A DNA stretch of 64,000 nt from the human T2T-CHM13v2.0 reference genome, Homo sapiens: NCBI RefSeq assembly GCF_009914755.1, contig NC_060927.1. One strand, written 5' to 3'. This document shows, piece after piece, positions 1 to 13,855 of this stretch. Under the pieces are notes generated by a model that saw nothing but the letters and a program-made list of their open reading frames with translations, made no database searches and was not told where the DNA came from. Every line of letters starts with the position of its first letter. Position 1 is the first letter of the stretch. Both the position numbers and the translations under genes were made by a program.

Positions 1-350
1 TAAGGCAGATTTCTCTGTTTCCATTATTTTCTGGAGACATTTTTAGACTACATTCTGGTTTCATCTCTCTTACAAGAATGTATTCAAGTCACAATTAGCT
101 CTTTAAAATTTAGAGTTTCTCTTATGATTTCTTTCTGCCTTAGTGGTTAAAAAAAAGTTGATTTTTTACCCCTCATTACCCACATCTTCAAAAGAATGCA
201 AACTAGGGCAAATTCCCTTTGTTTCCTTAGTGAAAAAAAAGTATCAATCTTGAGTTCTCAGTTCTGATTCAGAAAGAATGTTATATTCACTTGAGTCCTT
301 GGCTCTGACCAAAGGAACAGATCATTGCTAGTCCTCAAAACTATTCAGGC

Positions 351-666
<316 letters not shown>

Positions 667-699
667 CTATTCAGGCTCCTTACGATAGCCAAAGGCACA

Positions 700-1093
700 T
701 ATTTTGGAAATGTTTTAGATTTATAGAAACACTGTAAAAATAGTACAGAGTTCCCATATGCCCCACAAGTAAAGTTCATCCACCTTAAACTCATCTTGTC
801 TATGACAATTTCTCAGACTTTCCTTGGTTTTGATCTCCTTGACAGCTTTGAGGAGAATGGGCCAGATATTTCCAGGTATTTTGTAGAATCTCCATTAACT
901 GGGTTTTTACTATTTTTCTCATGGTTAGATGGAGATTATGGCTTTTATCAACGTCGATATTCTGATTATTATATTGTACTATAGTTTTGCAAGACGTTAT
1001 AATTGGAGAAGACTGTAAAGAACACAGAGTTTTCTCTGTATTATTTGTTACTATTATTAAGTGAATTCAAACTTACCTCAAAATTAAAAGTTA
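700..1093. mobile_element. Old L1MC/L1MD 3'UTR fragments (about 700-945 minus, about 945-1093 plus)
   Basis: Resembles L1MC-type 3'UTR motifs (TTTCTCAGACTTTCCTTG...; ...TATAGTTTTGCAAGA...AAATTAAAAGTT). Confidence 0.6.
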
Positions 1094-1909
1094 AGTTTTA
1101 AATATAAAAAAGTGGCCCTAAGTATTGAGGAGACTTTATGCAGAATCAAATTCTTAAAATAATGTTATTATAATAATGCTATAAGTTGACAGTTTTCTAG
1201 TTTCTTATTTAGAAAAAGTAAGTTGTGATGCACTATACACATTAAAGATGCCATTTATTATGTCTAGATTAAACAATTTCATGCAATGTTGTAGATAAAG
1301 ATGTAAGTAGTGAAAGAATAGGAATATGTATGAGAATAATACACACCAGCTTTGGGATAAAGCCTAGGTTTAAGGAAAGAGGGAGAAAATAGAAATAGAT
1401 GGGTATGATGAAGCCTTAGTTGTATCTATTTTTTGTGTTTTCCAAAAATGGTGCTAAAATAAAAATAGTAAAATGTTATATGTTACTTTCATCCATGTAT
1501 ATAGTATATTGTTTTTTCTTCAGTTGGAACTATTTCAAAATTAACAATGCTTTCAATAGACACAAATGAATACATTTGATAAATTATACTGTTACTGTAA
1601 CCTAGCTTAGCTAGTCTACATAATTGAACCATTTTGGTTCTGTAAAAGTTACTTTAACTTAAAAACAAATTTTATTTCATTTTTACCATATGAAAATGAA
1701 ATAATTAGAATGAAAAAGTATTTTAACTAGAGCTATATGAAGCACCGTGGATGTGTAACATTTTTCATATTATAATGGGATTAGATTAGTTAGAAAATTT
1801 GAAGAAATATGAAAGTAAAAATTGATTAGATTGCATAGTTTTTATTCGTCACCAAATGAGATTTCATTATTGCATTGTCTGTACAATTTATCCTTGCAAC
1901 TTAACTCAC

Positions 1910-2099
1910 CTGGAGTTCAAAATGTACAGAGCAGTAGTTTTAGCCCGGAACATTCTTTTTCTTTTCTTTTTTTTCTTTTCTAAATCACTTCGCCCCAAGG
2001 CATCCCCCCAGCCAATCTGGCAGGAAACATAATCTTGCCATTTCAGGGATTCTTCCCTAAGCTATATAGGATTTTACAAGTTTTCTGGCCTCTTTGGTT
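1910..2099 (-). other. Candidate non-coding exon (190 bp)
   Basis: Minus-strand acceptor ttacttcccaatttttctag|AAC and consensus donor CAG|GTGAGT. All three frames contain stops. Confidence 0.35.
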
Positions 2100-3349
2100 C
2101 TAGAAAAATTGGGAAGTAACTAGGACTTTTGTCAGTGGGGTTCACCACCTGTATTACAGATGTCTCTCCTGAAAGTCTCTGGCATCTCTCTCCTCAGTCC
2201 AGCTGCTCCAACAACCCAAGAGATGCCTCTCACCATTGTATTTTCCACAGTCTGCAGCTCACAGTCCATAGCCATGCCTTCTTACTCTGTCCCTATGTGC
2301 AAGGGAATGGACACTTATGCCACGTCCCCCATGACTCATGTTCAGACTGTCCCTGAGCTGAGCTGCTTCTACCTCCACAATTCACTGCATCTTCCTTGTG
2401 TCTGCTGTCCCTGCAAGCATAACCTCACACAATGGGCTTTGATCTTTTCTGAAATAAGAGAGGAGAAGGGACATTCTAGCAACCTTTTTTTTCCCCTTAA
2501 GATAATTACAAAACCAATATTCCAAACCAAAGTTTAAGCAAGTATAAAAACAATACTGATAATGGAAGTTGTCTGAAATTCTCCCCAGCACTAATACAAG
2601 TGGTTACAATTCTATTATGAAGGAGACAACCAGTTTTGGAGTGATCTGTAGACAAATCACAAATTTATATGCGTAGCCTAAAATGAAGGAATATTTGAAG
2701 CCAGCTGAATGAATTGATTTCATCTTTGTGGTTTCAAAAAATGTTTTAAAAATTATTTCTCTATGTGTAGGAAGAAAGACAGGGTATCAGAAAAAATACC
2801 CATTAATAAGAGAACGAGAAAATAAATTAATTTTAATTCTGAAGTGGACATGTGAGAACACTTTATAAGAAAAATGAGGACATTCAATATTAACAGCTAG
2901 AAAGTGATAAAAGCAAGCTAAAAGAGTGGAGGAAAAAGAAAAGGGCATGGGCAGAAGTTTACAACTCTGATTTTCAACTTGGGGTGGGATAAAATAAATC
3001 CATTGTAATTTAGTTTTCTTGAATAATAATATTTCTGTTCACAGTGAGAACCTAGACATGACTGTCAAATGCAAGCATGTTTCCAAGAAAACTTCTTTTG
3101 AATGGAATTGGAGATCTCTAATGAAGTTGTACTCTTGCCTTAGTAGAAATGTATTTCTTTTTCTAGAAGGCAGCTAAGACAAGCTATATTTCATCAGAGG
3201 AGTAACTTCACACACACGATTTAATCCAGACTGATTTCGTGCATGTCCACATATGATAAGGGATAACCAAACGTTTAAGTGAAATCATTTTTTACTGAGT
3301 TGTCTACAAAGGGAAAAAATCAGCTTAGTGCATCTGCTATTGTCCGTAG

Positions 3350-3571
3350 CAGAGGTCAGCAAACCTTTTCTGTAAATGGCCATATAGAGTATATTTTAGT
3401 CTTTGTAGGCCACACAGTCTCTGTCACAACTACCAACTCTGCTTTTATAGCAAAAAAGCAGCCATAGACAATACATAAACAGATACATGTGACTGCTTTT
3501 CAGCAAAACTTAATTGACACAAATGAGCAGCTGCTAGATTTGACCCATGGACTATAGTTTGCTGACACATG
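3350..3571 (+). mobile_element. MER58A-like hAT-Charlie MITE
   Basis: Ends CAGAGGTCAGCAAAC...GTTTGCTGACACATG form terminal inverted repeats; length about 220 bp. Confidence 0.8.
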
Positions 3572-4925
3572 ACCTAAAATATCTTAAAGCCTAAAGATAT
3601 TGGCCCATTATTGTTGTTCTGGAAAAATTTTACCAAGGATGCTTTCAGAAAAACATAGGTTCAGAAGCTTGGGAAGTGTGTGTTGTTGATTGAATTAATC
3701 TTGGCTGATCTGTTTTATAAGCATGGCTCTACACAAGTACAGTTCTTCAAGACTGCAAATATTTCATCCAGTCTTATACTTTCTATAAACTTTAAAATGG
3801 TATGCATTTTTGCTGCTGTGTACAGAGCATGTGTTTTTGAGTAATAGCATATTACAAATAACAACTCCCTCATTGATCTATTGCCCATTTTTCCCCTCTA
3901 ATTTGAATTGTTTTATTCTTTTTCTTTTTCATGAAGTCTTTTAAGTTGATTAAAAAGCACAGTGAAACTCAATTGGGAAAGAATTACAATTAAATAGTCT
4001 CAAAAGTAGAACTAATTAAGAAATTCTGTACAGAAGAGTTAGAATGTAGAACTAAGGTTCAAAATTTTAAATTATGCAAAATTTACTTCATGTATATATA
4101 CATTTATTTAAATGATTTACAAAAGTCCTAAAGTATATAAGATTTTGTGATAGGTACTGTAAAGGACACACAGAATATAAAATATGTGAAAATTATCTCG
4201 TTTAACAGGAAACAGTTGAAATTGCACTGCTCATAGGTGAAACTGGCAGGTATAAAGCAACATTTCAGAATCTAGTTTCTCTTTATGTAAATTCTGGGCA
4301 TTCAGCTGGTAGCACAGGGGAATTTTCCTAAAAGAAGTTAACCAACCTTCCTTTGTCAGGAAGTAGTTGGCTAATGAACGTCTTTCCTAATTCCAATAAA
4401 ACCTGTAGATTAACAGACGAAGGCCCACAAACTTTCTCTGTTCCCAATCTTCCTAGCGCTTCCTTTAATAGCTAATACCATTCTGCTACAGTTCAACCAT
4501 ACACGAAATCTTGTTAACTTTACATGTTTCCTTTTTTTCTCACTGAAATAAACCCACTGAATTAGGACAAAAAGAAATTTGTCTTCTGTAGCCTTTAAAA
4601 TGTTTTTAATGAGGAAGTAGCGTACTCAATTGATTCTCCTCAAATTGAATATCTAAATAATGTTAACATTATAAAGTCTCCAAATCTGCCTATTTTTCAT
4701 TTTTCAACAATTGTCAGGACGCAGAACATGGTATCATGGAAAGATTACATCCATTTGTCTTGGGTACATTGTGCATGGCTTTAAAAAACAAAAACTTTAA
4801 ACCTTTAATTTGAGCTTTTTTCATTACCAAAGAATGTGTCAGATTAATGTCCTCACCTCACTTCTGATGTGGATAGTAGACAGGAGGTGAGAGTAAGGGG
4901 TGGGGTGAAAATGGGGAATGGTACA

Positions 4926-5399
4926 TATTATGGGTTGAATTGTGTCCCCAAAAAGAATATGTTGAAGTTCGAATCCCCAGTACCTCACAGTGTGTAATCT
5001 TATTTGGGTATTTGCAGAGGTAATCAAATTAAAATGAGGTTATTAGGGTGGATCCTAATCCAATATGACTGGTGCTCTTATAGAAAGAGGAAATTTAGAC
5101 ACAGAGATAGATGTGTGCAGAGAGAAGACTACATAAAGAGAAAGAGACATAGGGAAAATGTTATGAAGACAGAGACCACATTGAAGTGATGCATCTATAA
5201 GCTAAAGAATGCCAAAGTTTGCCAGCAGCTACGTGAGGGGCATGGAACAGATTCTCCCTCAAAAGCCTCAGAAGAAACCAACCATGCCAACACCTTGGTC
5301 TCAGAATTCTAGCCTGCAGAATTGGGAGACAGTCAATTTCTGTTGCTTAAGCAACCCAGTTTGTGGGTTGTTTTAGGGCAGCATCCAGAAACTAATACA
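4926..5399 (+). mobile_element. MLT1B-like MaLR solo LTR
   Basis: Runs TATTATGGGTTGAATTGTGTCCCC...AAACTAATACA; 5-bp TSD GTACA/GCACA. Confidence 0.85.
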
Positions 5400-6479
5400 G
5401 CACAGGAGAGTGGAATGACAAAGAGGTCAAAGATAATGTATAAACCAATGATATATGTTGATACGCACAGTGCATGGTTCTCTATTTTTTAAAAAATCAT
5501 GATTTTACATTTTGTCAAAACCATTGAGTTTGTTTCTAAATTTTAAGAGCTCACTCAGTATGTTGGAGGCATGAAGGAAGAAATAAATCTAGTTTTAGAT
5601 TAACGTCCGTTCATTTTGGCCCTGGTTAAGATGAACATTATCCCATCTGGTCCTTGGTCATCAATACCTGCAGACTACTGCCCTATTGTTTCTTATTCTA
5701 ACAAGACCTCAGCAAGCCCAAATCTCTGACAATAACTTTCTTTATCCTTTGAGTTGCAGGAAATAATTTAGTTTGTCATCCCACTTTGGGGTTATAGGCC
5801 ACTGATTAGGGTTGGACAAAGTCTTTGACCACCTCTTTGAAATATGGAGAGGCACAGACCTCATTTGACTGGCAAGGGCACAAAAGGGCTTTACTGGGCT
5901 CTGTGTGGTTGGAAACCTACATGTGGTTTCTGGATTCCCTATATCACCTTTTTGGTTTTGGAATTTGAGTATTTGTTTTAGCCAGTAGGGAGATTTTGCA
6001 GGTTTCAGGTTTTGCTCCTTTTAAGAGTACATTGACTAGTATCTCACTTTTTAGCTTTCCCATAGACTTCCTTTTTCCATTTGAGACATTATGAGTAAGC
6101 AATTTTGATCTTCAACGTGCAATCTACCAAAACTAATAAATTTTGTCCTTATCAATGCTGAAATGCAAAAGTAAACAATTAGGCTTTTTATTCTTTGCCT
6201 TATACTTTTCATTTCTTCCCTTAGACATGGGCATAAAACATTATAACAACTCTCTGAATGGAGGGAAAGTTACCGAATAAAGGAAATACCAGTAGTGAAA
6301 GATAAATAGACTAAGTTTTAGGGAAATGTTGGTGGGGTAATTTGGGTCACTTATCTCGCTGAGGACAAACAAATGTCAGGTAAAATATATTTTAAAATTA
6401 TTGAAAGCATCAAATAACTAAGAATATAGTAAGGAAATACTACACCAAAGTCTTGAAGAAGATAAAAACCCCTAACAAT

Positions 6480-7750
6480 TAGACCAGCACATAAAGCTGC
6501 TTTGACCTTGGGTATTTTTTTAACCCAGAAAATGAGCTGTTGAACTGAACTGTGTTTTGGCAGCTGCATAGAGCTAGCAGGATTCAAACATCAATGCCTA
6601 TGGCCCATCAAGAATGGAGGCATCTGTAAAGCCACTTCTACTTCAAGCAAGATTTTGGAGATAGACTTTCAGCCTGGCTTTCCACTATTTAGGTGGCTCA
6701 GGGGATCTCTGTTGATTAAAGTGATCCCAGACTGGTAGAACTCCTAACACTTTGCCAAAGCAAAATAAAACAAAGCAAACAAAAATCTATCTGAAAGAAG
6801 TTAACATAATCTCAGGCTTCAAATTGTCCCTACAAGTAATTTTTAAACTCAAATGTTCAAGACACAGTCAAAGGCAATGAGACACTCAAGAGAAGAAGAC
6901 ATCAGGAATAATAGCTAGTAGACACCAAAGAGAATGGAAAAGAGTCACAAACATTTTAGTATTGGAATTAATCGGGCACTTTAGTACTGGAATTAATCGG
7001 GCTCTTTAGTACTGGAATTAATCGGGCTCAATTAACTAAGCTCAATTTGGCTTAGTTAGTCCAAAGAAACAAAGATATAAATCAAATAGGAAATGAACTG
7101 CAGAAAATAAATTACATTATTTGAATAGGTAGGAAATAAAAATTTGAGATTTGAACAACACAATAACTGAAATAATTTGGTGGGTATGTTTTACATAAGA
7201 TTGGATATAGTTGAAAAGAGAAGCCGTGAATAAAAAGATGCATCAGAAAAAATTAAACAGATTATACCATAGCAAGACAAAATGATAGAAAAGACATACA
7301 AGGGTGTTACAATAATAGGGAAGAGAGTAAGATCTGTCATACTTTATTTGAAGTTCAAAGATAAGACTGCAGTGAAACTATTATATGACTTCAAAATATT
7401 TAATATATAAAACATATTTGACAAAAAGTAGAAATAGGCCATCACGGTGGGAGATTTTAACTGCTTTTAGTAACTGATAGAAAATATTTAAATAACATGA
7501 TTAGCAATATTGACCTAATGAACACAAAAATAATATTGTATTTAACAAGTGTAAAATCAACATTTTTTTAATCATACATAGAACTTTCATAAAAATTGAC
7601 CATAAAGGAATCAAAAGACAAATCTCATCAAATATCAAATGACTATAATTATTTAGAGTATATTCTCTGATGACAAGGACATTTGTATAGAAATCAATAA
7701 CATAAAAATAAAAAGAAAATCCACATATGTTTGGAAATTTTCAGGCACTT
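6480..7750 (+). mobile_element. Old L1M fragment (5' region, ORF1 and ORF2 endonuclease remnants)
   Basis: A-rich decayed sequence with L1 endonuclease-like segments (GGGAGATTTTAAC, AAAATTGACCATA, TATTCTCTGA...). Confidence 0.6.
6955..7029 (+). repeat. 25-bp tandem repeat, 3 copies (TTTAGTACTGGAATTAATCGGGCTC)
   Basis: Directly visible. Copies 2 and 3 are identical; copy 1 has 2 mismatches. Confidence 0.95.
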
Positions 7751-8624
7751 CATATTTGTGTTATAGCCATCACATCTATTTCTTTTTTGTTCTTTTTTTT
7801 TCAGAATTTCTAATTGCCTTTAGTTTTTTGTTGATGTTGACCAAAATAAATGATGTTTTTTAAGTGCACTCCAGTTAATCAGGAATCTCAGTAATATTTT
7901 CTGCTCTGGAAGTTTTTTCTCCAAGACATTATTTCAAAAATACTTGTCCTCCTGCTTCAGTTCTTTACTGGATACAGTATAGGCCTGCTGTATAGCTGTT
8001 ATACTGAGAATTTCCTTGACTGCCCTTCCGGGTTAGAGCTCTATTTCTAGAAACTTTATTTTCTCTTTTCTGTATTCTTATTTGTTTTGCTAGAGAGTAT
8101 CCCAAAACCATAAGGTAAATTTTCTGAATTCCTATACATTTATTTAAAAGAGATTTTATTCTCCTGTCACATATGATTGATTCATTATCAAGCTATAGAA
8201 TTCAGGGATTAAAATAATATTTCTTGTAACTTTGAAAAGATTACTCCATTTTCTTCTAGCATCAAGAACAACAAATGGAAAATTATGTTATATGTCTGAT
8301 TCTTTTATAGGTAACTCATTTACGTGCAATGTTTTTTCTTTATATAATTTTTTTTAGGATTTTATTGTGATTCTTGAAATTTCAAGTTAATAAGAATTTT
8401 TTAAGTCTAGGGTCTTTTTTATGATATTCTTAGCACTTCGTATGCCCTTTAAACCTGAAAACACATTTTCTTTTACACTTCAGGGAAATTTTCTTTATTT
8501 CTGTGATAATTTCCTTCCATCAATATTTTTTTTAATCTACTTAAACGTGTTAGTGTGGTTTAGTATTGCACCGTCCATTTACTTCTCCCTATCTCATATT
8601 TTCTTTGTTGTGTTTTACCTTTTG

Positions 8625-8850
8625 AGCATAGTAGTTAAGAGCAAGGGTTTTGGCATCAAACTCACTCCATTTGAATCTAAGATGTGACTTTTTCTACCCC
8701 TTAAACTGATAGGTAACTCTTTTCTTAACTGTAAATTGGAAATATGTGCCAGGTGCTATTGTAAACATCTTATGTGTATTATCTAACCTAATTGTCTACA
8801 TGTTTACAATAGTGCCTGACACATATAACCCTTCACCAATGTTATTTCTT
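8625..8850 (+). mobile_element. MIR SINE, embedded in T-rich decayed minus-strand L1M sequence (about 7.8-9.6 kb)
   Basis: GCATAGTAGTTAAGAGCA...ATAGTGCCTGACACATA. Confidence 0.6.
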
Positions 8851-9610
8851 ATTCTTCTCTAACTGTGATCTGATATAACTGTTTAATTTTATCATCCTGT
8901 CACCACATTGAATTTTTTGAATTATGTTTTAATCTTGAAGAAGTATTTCATATTCCTTGTTGTTTCAATTCGTATTTTCTTTTTTGATATATAATATCTT
9001 TTGAAATCTCTACAAGTATACTGAATCCTTTATAAAAAGTTATCTTTAATTTCCCATATTGTCTTGTATTACATGTTTAGGGGCAAGTTGATCTTCCTTA
9101 TTTGTTCTATTGGATTTTCTCACATGTCTGATGATCCTTGCTATTTAAGAATAAAGGACAGGGGAAGCATTGTAAGTCTTGTTTACTATAGAATAACTTT
9201 TTTCTATTGCACAATGGGCCTTTCTCACATGTAACAAGTCTGACCATATTGGTTGACAGGGAACATAACAGATCAGAATTGGATTCAGGATAAGCATAGT
9301 GCAAACACCAGAAGAGGAGGGCTTTATTTAAGATAGCAACACTCGTTCTAGAAATCATATGGTTTCTTCTAGGAAGAACCTTTGAACTCTTCTCCTTAAG
9401 GATTGGAGCTGAGTTGCTTGCTTTTATGTGAACTAAAGATGATAGAAGGGGTCACTGGCACAGTTTTTCTGTATTAAGTATTTCATTTAATCATCCTATC
9501 TTTATTTTTTATATTTATTTTGCTTTATCTATTAACTTAAAGCCCAGAGTCTATGGAATTTATATTTGCAGAGCAGCTACTACAGTGATTGCTGAGCTAT
9601 TTCTTAATTA

Positions 9611-10131
9611 TAGTGGTCCACAAACTACAGCCAGGGGTTAGCTGCCTGTTTTTTAAAGTTTTATTGGAATGCAACCACATCGATTTTTCCTTCCGGTATT
9701 TCCTATGGCCGTTTTGTGTTACAAGAACAGAATTGAGGCTGGGCGTGGTGGCTCATGCCTGTAATCCCGGCACTTTGGGAGGCCGAGGCCGGTGGAATCA
9801 AATCCAGCCTGGCCACGATGGAGAAACCCCCTCTCTACTAAAAATACAAAAATTAGGCGGTCATGATGGTGGGCGCTTGTAATACCAGCTACTCAGGAGG
9901 CTGTGGCAGATAATTGCTTGAACCCATTAGGCGGAGGTTGCAGTGAGCCAAGATCGTGCCACTGCACTCCAGCCTAGACGACAGAGTGAGACTCTGTCTC
10001 AAAAAAAGAAAACAAACAAACAGACAAAAAAAAAAAAAAAAAGAATTGAGTACTTATGACTAATACTATATAGTCTACAAGTCAAAATATTTACTGTGTG
10101 ACCCAATACAGAAAAGGGTTGCAAGCCCCTG
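9611..10131 (-). mobile_element. MER58A-like hAT MITE split by an Alu
   Basis: MER58-like halves at 9611-9736 and 10043-10131, ending GTTGCAAGCCCCTG. Confidence 0.7.
9737..10042 (+). mobile_element. AluS with an internal deletion of about 20 bp in the left arm
   Basis: Alu dimer with TSD AGAATTGA(G) on both sides; the left arm lacks the GAGGTCAGGAGTTCGAG segment. Confidence 0.9.
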
Positions 10132-10346
10132 CTTGTTCTACCTATTTTATAGCTATCTGAAATTTGCTAACATATCTTGTCTCATAACGATCCCCATTCC
10201 TATTATCTTTATGAGTTTATTTTTTCATATATATTTATAATTTCATATTTTAATGTATTTCATAAGGAACATGAGATATATGTAGGATTTCAGTCTGCCA
10301 ACTTGAAATAGAAGTCCATTTTCTTTCATTTTAAATTCAACAAATT

Positions 10347-12740
10347 AGAGAGGATTCTGGGAAGATGACAGGATAGGAAGGGCCAGGAAGCTGCCTCTCC
10401 ACCTAGAAAACAATTGCACTGGCAGGGTCTGCCTGATGTAACTATTTTGGAATTTTAGAGTCTATTGAAGACTTGCAACTTCCAAGGGAGGACTTGAACA
10501 GTAAATTGTGGTTAATTTTGGACAATTTCAACTCTTTGCACAGTAGCAGCTACCATCTATCCACACCCATGGAAGGCAGTTGTGCATATTCTTAGAGCAG
10601 TTGCACATAGCTTGCAGGAGCCAGGAGCCGGTGTGGGCAAAAAGGACCCTATCCTCCAAATAGTGGAACCTTCCCTCTGAGAGCTGATTGCACCTTATGA
10701 TCACAGAGGTACAGACAAGAAGGCAGGTGGTCATTGTTATTGTACCTGTCCCCGTTGTTGCAAGCCCCTCTGCCTCTAGCTGAAGTGAACTCCAGGGGAT
10801 TTAAAGGGCTAACATACTTCTCCCTTTCCCCTTTATTCTTTTTCTTTTTGGGGTAGCCAAGCATTAAACACTAGAAGATTCAAAAGAAACTGTATATATG
10901 GGGAATATTAGAAAGTGACCACACATGCCCAGGGGATGACACAGGATAAGAAAAGGCCTGAGAAGACATTAAATTTATACCTCAGGCTGATTCTTGGTAC
11001 AGAGAAGGTCTACAAAATAAGTCAACAGAAGCTGTTCCTGACAAGTGACTGATGGCAGATCTACTAGACAAAGACTTTATAAAACTGTCTCAAAAAAGCA
11101 AAGGAAGATACGGAAAAAGTAAGAAAATTAAGCATGAACAAAAATGAAATGTCAATACAGATATAGAAAACCTAAAAAATCCCAAAAGAAATTCTGACAC
11201 TGAAAACCACAGTAACTGAAATGAGTAAAAAAAATTACTAGAGGAGTTCAAAGCAAACTTGAGCATACAGAAGAAACAACCAGCAAATTTGAATGTAGAA
11301 CAATGGAAATTAAGTGGAATAGAAGTTAAAAGATTGAGGAAAAATTAAAAAAGCATAAGAGACCCATGGGACATCACCAAGTGAACCAACATATGCATTA
11401 TGGAGAGTCCAGAAAAAGAAGAGAGAAAGAAAGGGGCAGAGAGAATATTTGAAGAAATAATGGCTAAAAAATTCCACAAATTTGATGAAAAACATGAATA
11501 TAAACATCCAAGAAGATCAACAAACTTTAAGACAAACTGAGAGAGAACCATACAAAGACACGTATAATCAAACTTTCAAAGGCTAAAGACAAAGGATCTC
11601 AAAAACAGCAAGAAACAATCACATGCAAGGGATTATCAATAAGATTATCAGCAGATTTCTCATTAGAAACTTTGGAGGCTACAAGAAAATAGGCTAATAT
11701 ATTCAAAATACTAAGAAAAACAAAAATAGACAAATTTGACTTCATAAAAATTTAAATATTTTGTGAATCATCCATAGTAACAGAGTAAAAAGGCAATTCA
11801 TAGAGTCAGAGAACATATTTATAGATCATAAGAGATTAATATCTAGAATAATAGAAAACCATTAAAACAACACCGTTCAAAAATGGTCAATGGACCTGAG
11901 TGGATATTTCTCCAAAGAAGGTATACAAATAGCCAGTAAGTGTAGGAAAAGATCTCAACATCACTAATTATTAAAGAAATTCAAATCAAACTATAATGAA
12001 GTATTACCTCTCACCCATTAGAATGGCTACTATTAAAAAAGGATAAAATAACAAATGTTAGTGAGGACATGAAGACATAGGAATCCCTGTATACTATTGG
12101 TGAGAGTATAAAATTATACAGCTGCTGTGGAAAACAGAATGGCACTTCCTCAAAGAATTAAATGTAAATTGCCATATGATCCAGCAATTCTACTTCCAGG
12201 TATACACCCAAAACAATAGAAATCGAAGTCTCTAAGAGATATTTTTACACCCATGTTCACTGGTGCATTATTCATAATAACTAAAACATGAAAAGAACCC
12301 TAGTATCCATTGGCAGATGAATGGATAAGAAACTGTGGTATATGCATACAGTGAAATATAATTCAGTATTAAAAAGGAAGCTAATTCTGACACTTGCTAC
12401 AACATTACGAACCTTGAATACATTATGCTAAATGAATAAGCCAGTCACAAAATGACAAACACTGTACAATTCCATTCAGATGAGGTACTGAAGAGTAGAC
12501 CAAATCATAAAGGCACAAAGTAGAATGGTGGTTGACAGGGGCTCAGTAGAAAGGGAAATGATGAGTTATTTTTTAACATATACAGAGTTTCAGTTTTACA
12601 AGATGAAAATAGTTTTGGAGCCAGATGGTGGTAACAGTAGCACAGTATTGTGGAGGTATTTAATACCACTGAACTATGTACTTAAAAATGGTTAGGATGG
12701 TAAGTTTCATATTATACGTATTTTACCACAGTATAAAAGT
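10347..12740 (+). mobile_element. L1MB-type element: 5'UTR and ORF1 (to about 11725), large internal deletion, then ORF2 end and 3'UTR
   Basis: L1M 5' start (GATTCTGGGAAGATG...), ORF1 motifs (AGATTATCAGCAGATTTCTC) and an L1MB-like terminus (...TATTTTACCACA). Confidence 0.75.
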
Positions 12741-12749
12741 TCAAAAATA

Positions 12750-13855
12750 TAAACAAGTTATAGACTGAGAGAAAATACGTACAAATCACATGCCAGAGGG
12801 AAGACTAGTATCTAAAATGTATAAAGGGCTCCCAAAATTCAACATTAAAAAAGGAAAAGATACAATTAGAAAATGAGCAAAAGACATGCACTAACATTTT
12901 AATTATGACAAAATATAGATAGTAACCACATTAAAAATATTTAAAATCATTAGCCATTATGAAATGCAAATAAAAACTACAATGAAATATTATTATACAC
13001 CTATCAAATGGCTAAAATAAGAAATAGGAATAATCTCAAATGGTGAAGATATGGAGGAACTGGATTGCTTATACATTGCTGATGGCAATGTAAAATAATA
13101 CAACCATGTGGAAAATTGTTTGGCAGTTCCTTTTAAAACTAAGAACTGTCTTATGTCTTACCATATGACTCAGCAATTGTACTCATCAGCATATTTCCCA
13201 CAGAAATAAAAACGATGTTCATGTAGAAACTTGTAAATGAATACTCAGTAGTTTAATAACCCTGAACTGGAAACTACATAAATGTTCTGCAATGGACAAA
13301 TTGCTAAAGTGTGCTACATACGTACCATGGACTGTAATTCAGTAGTTAAAAGAAACGAACTGTTGATATATGCAACAACTTGGATGAACCTCAAGGATAT
13401 AATGTTGTATTAAAAAGCCAATCTCAATCAAATATATACTATGTGATTCCATGTATGTAACATTTATAAAATAAAATGATTAGGGAGATTAGTGGTTAGC
13501 AGGGATTAGGGACAGAAGAGATGAGGTGTGTGTGGCTAGAGAGGGGTGGCGTGGGATTTGGGATCCATATGGTAATAGTGCAGTTAAATATCTTGATTGT
13601 GGTGGTAGTTCTTTGAAACTATATATGCGATAAAGTTGCATAGAACTACACACACACAGATACATATATAGACACATGCACAAATGCATGTATAACTGGT
13701 GAAATCTGAGCAACCTGTATGTATTATACCAGTGTCAGTTTCTTGATTTTGCTATTATACCAGCAAAATGTTAACTTTGAAGGAGGTTAGGTGAAAATTT
13801 TATACATTTCTTTTGCAACTCTGTGGATCCATAATTATTTCAAAATAACTTTTTA
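12750..13855 (+). mobile_element. L1MC/L1MD 3' fragment
   Basis: ORF2 C-terminal and 3'UTR motifs ending ...ATTATTTCAAAATAAC. Confidence 0.7.

Noticed and set aside
2129-2537. Overlapping 75-aa and 125-aa ORFs in a GC-elevated patch
   Set aside because: No recognisable domain or exon structure; compatible with chance or an old repeat.
6955-7029. Short repeats resembling a CRISPR array
   Set aside because: The units are head-to-tail with no spacers, there are no cas genes, and the DNA is human.
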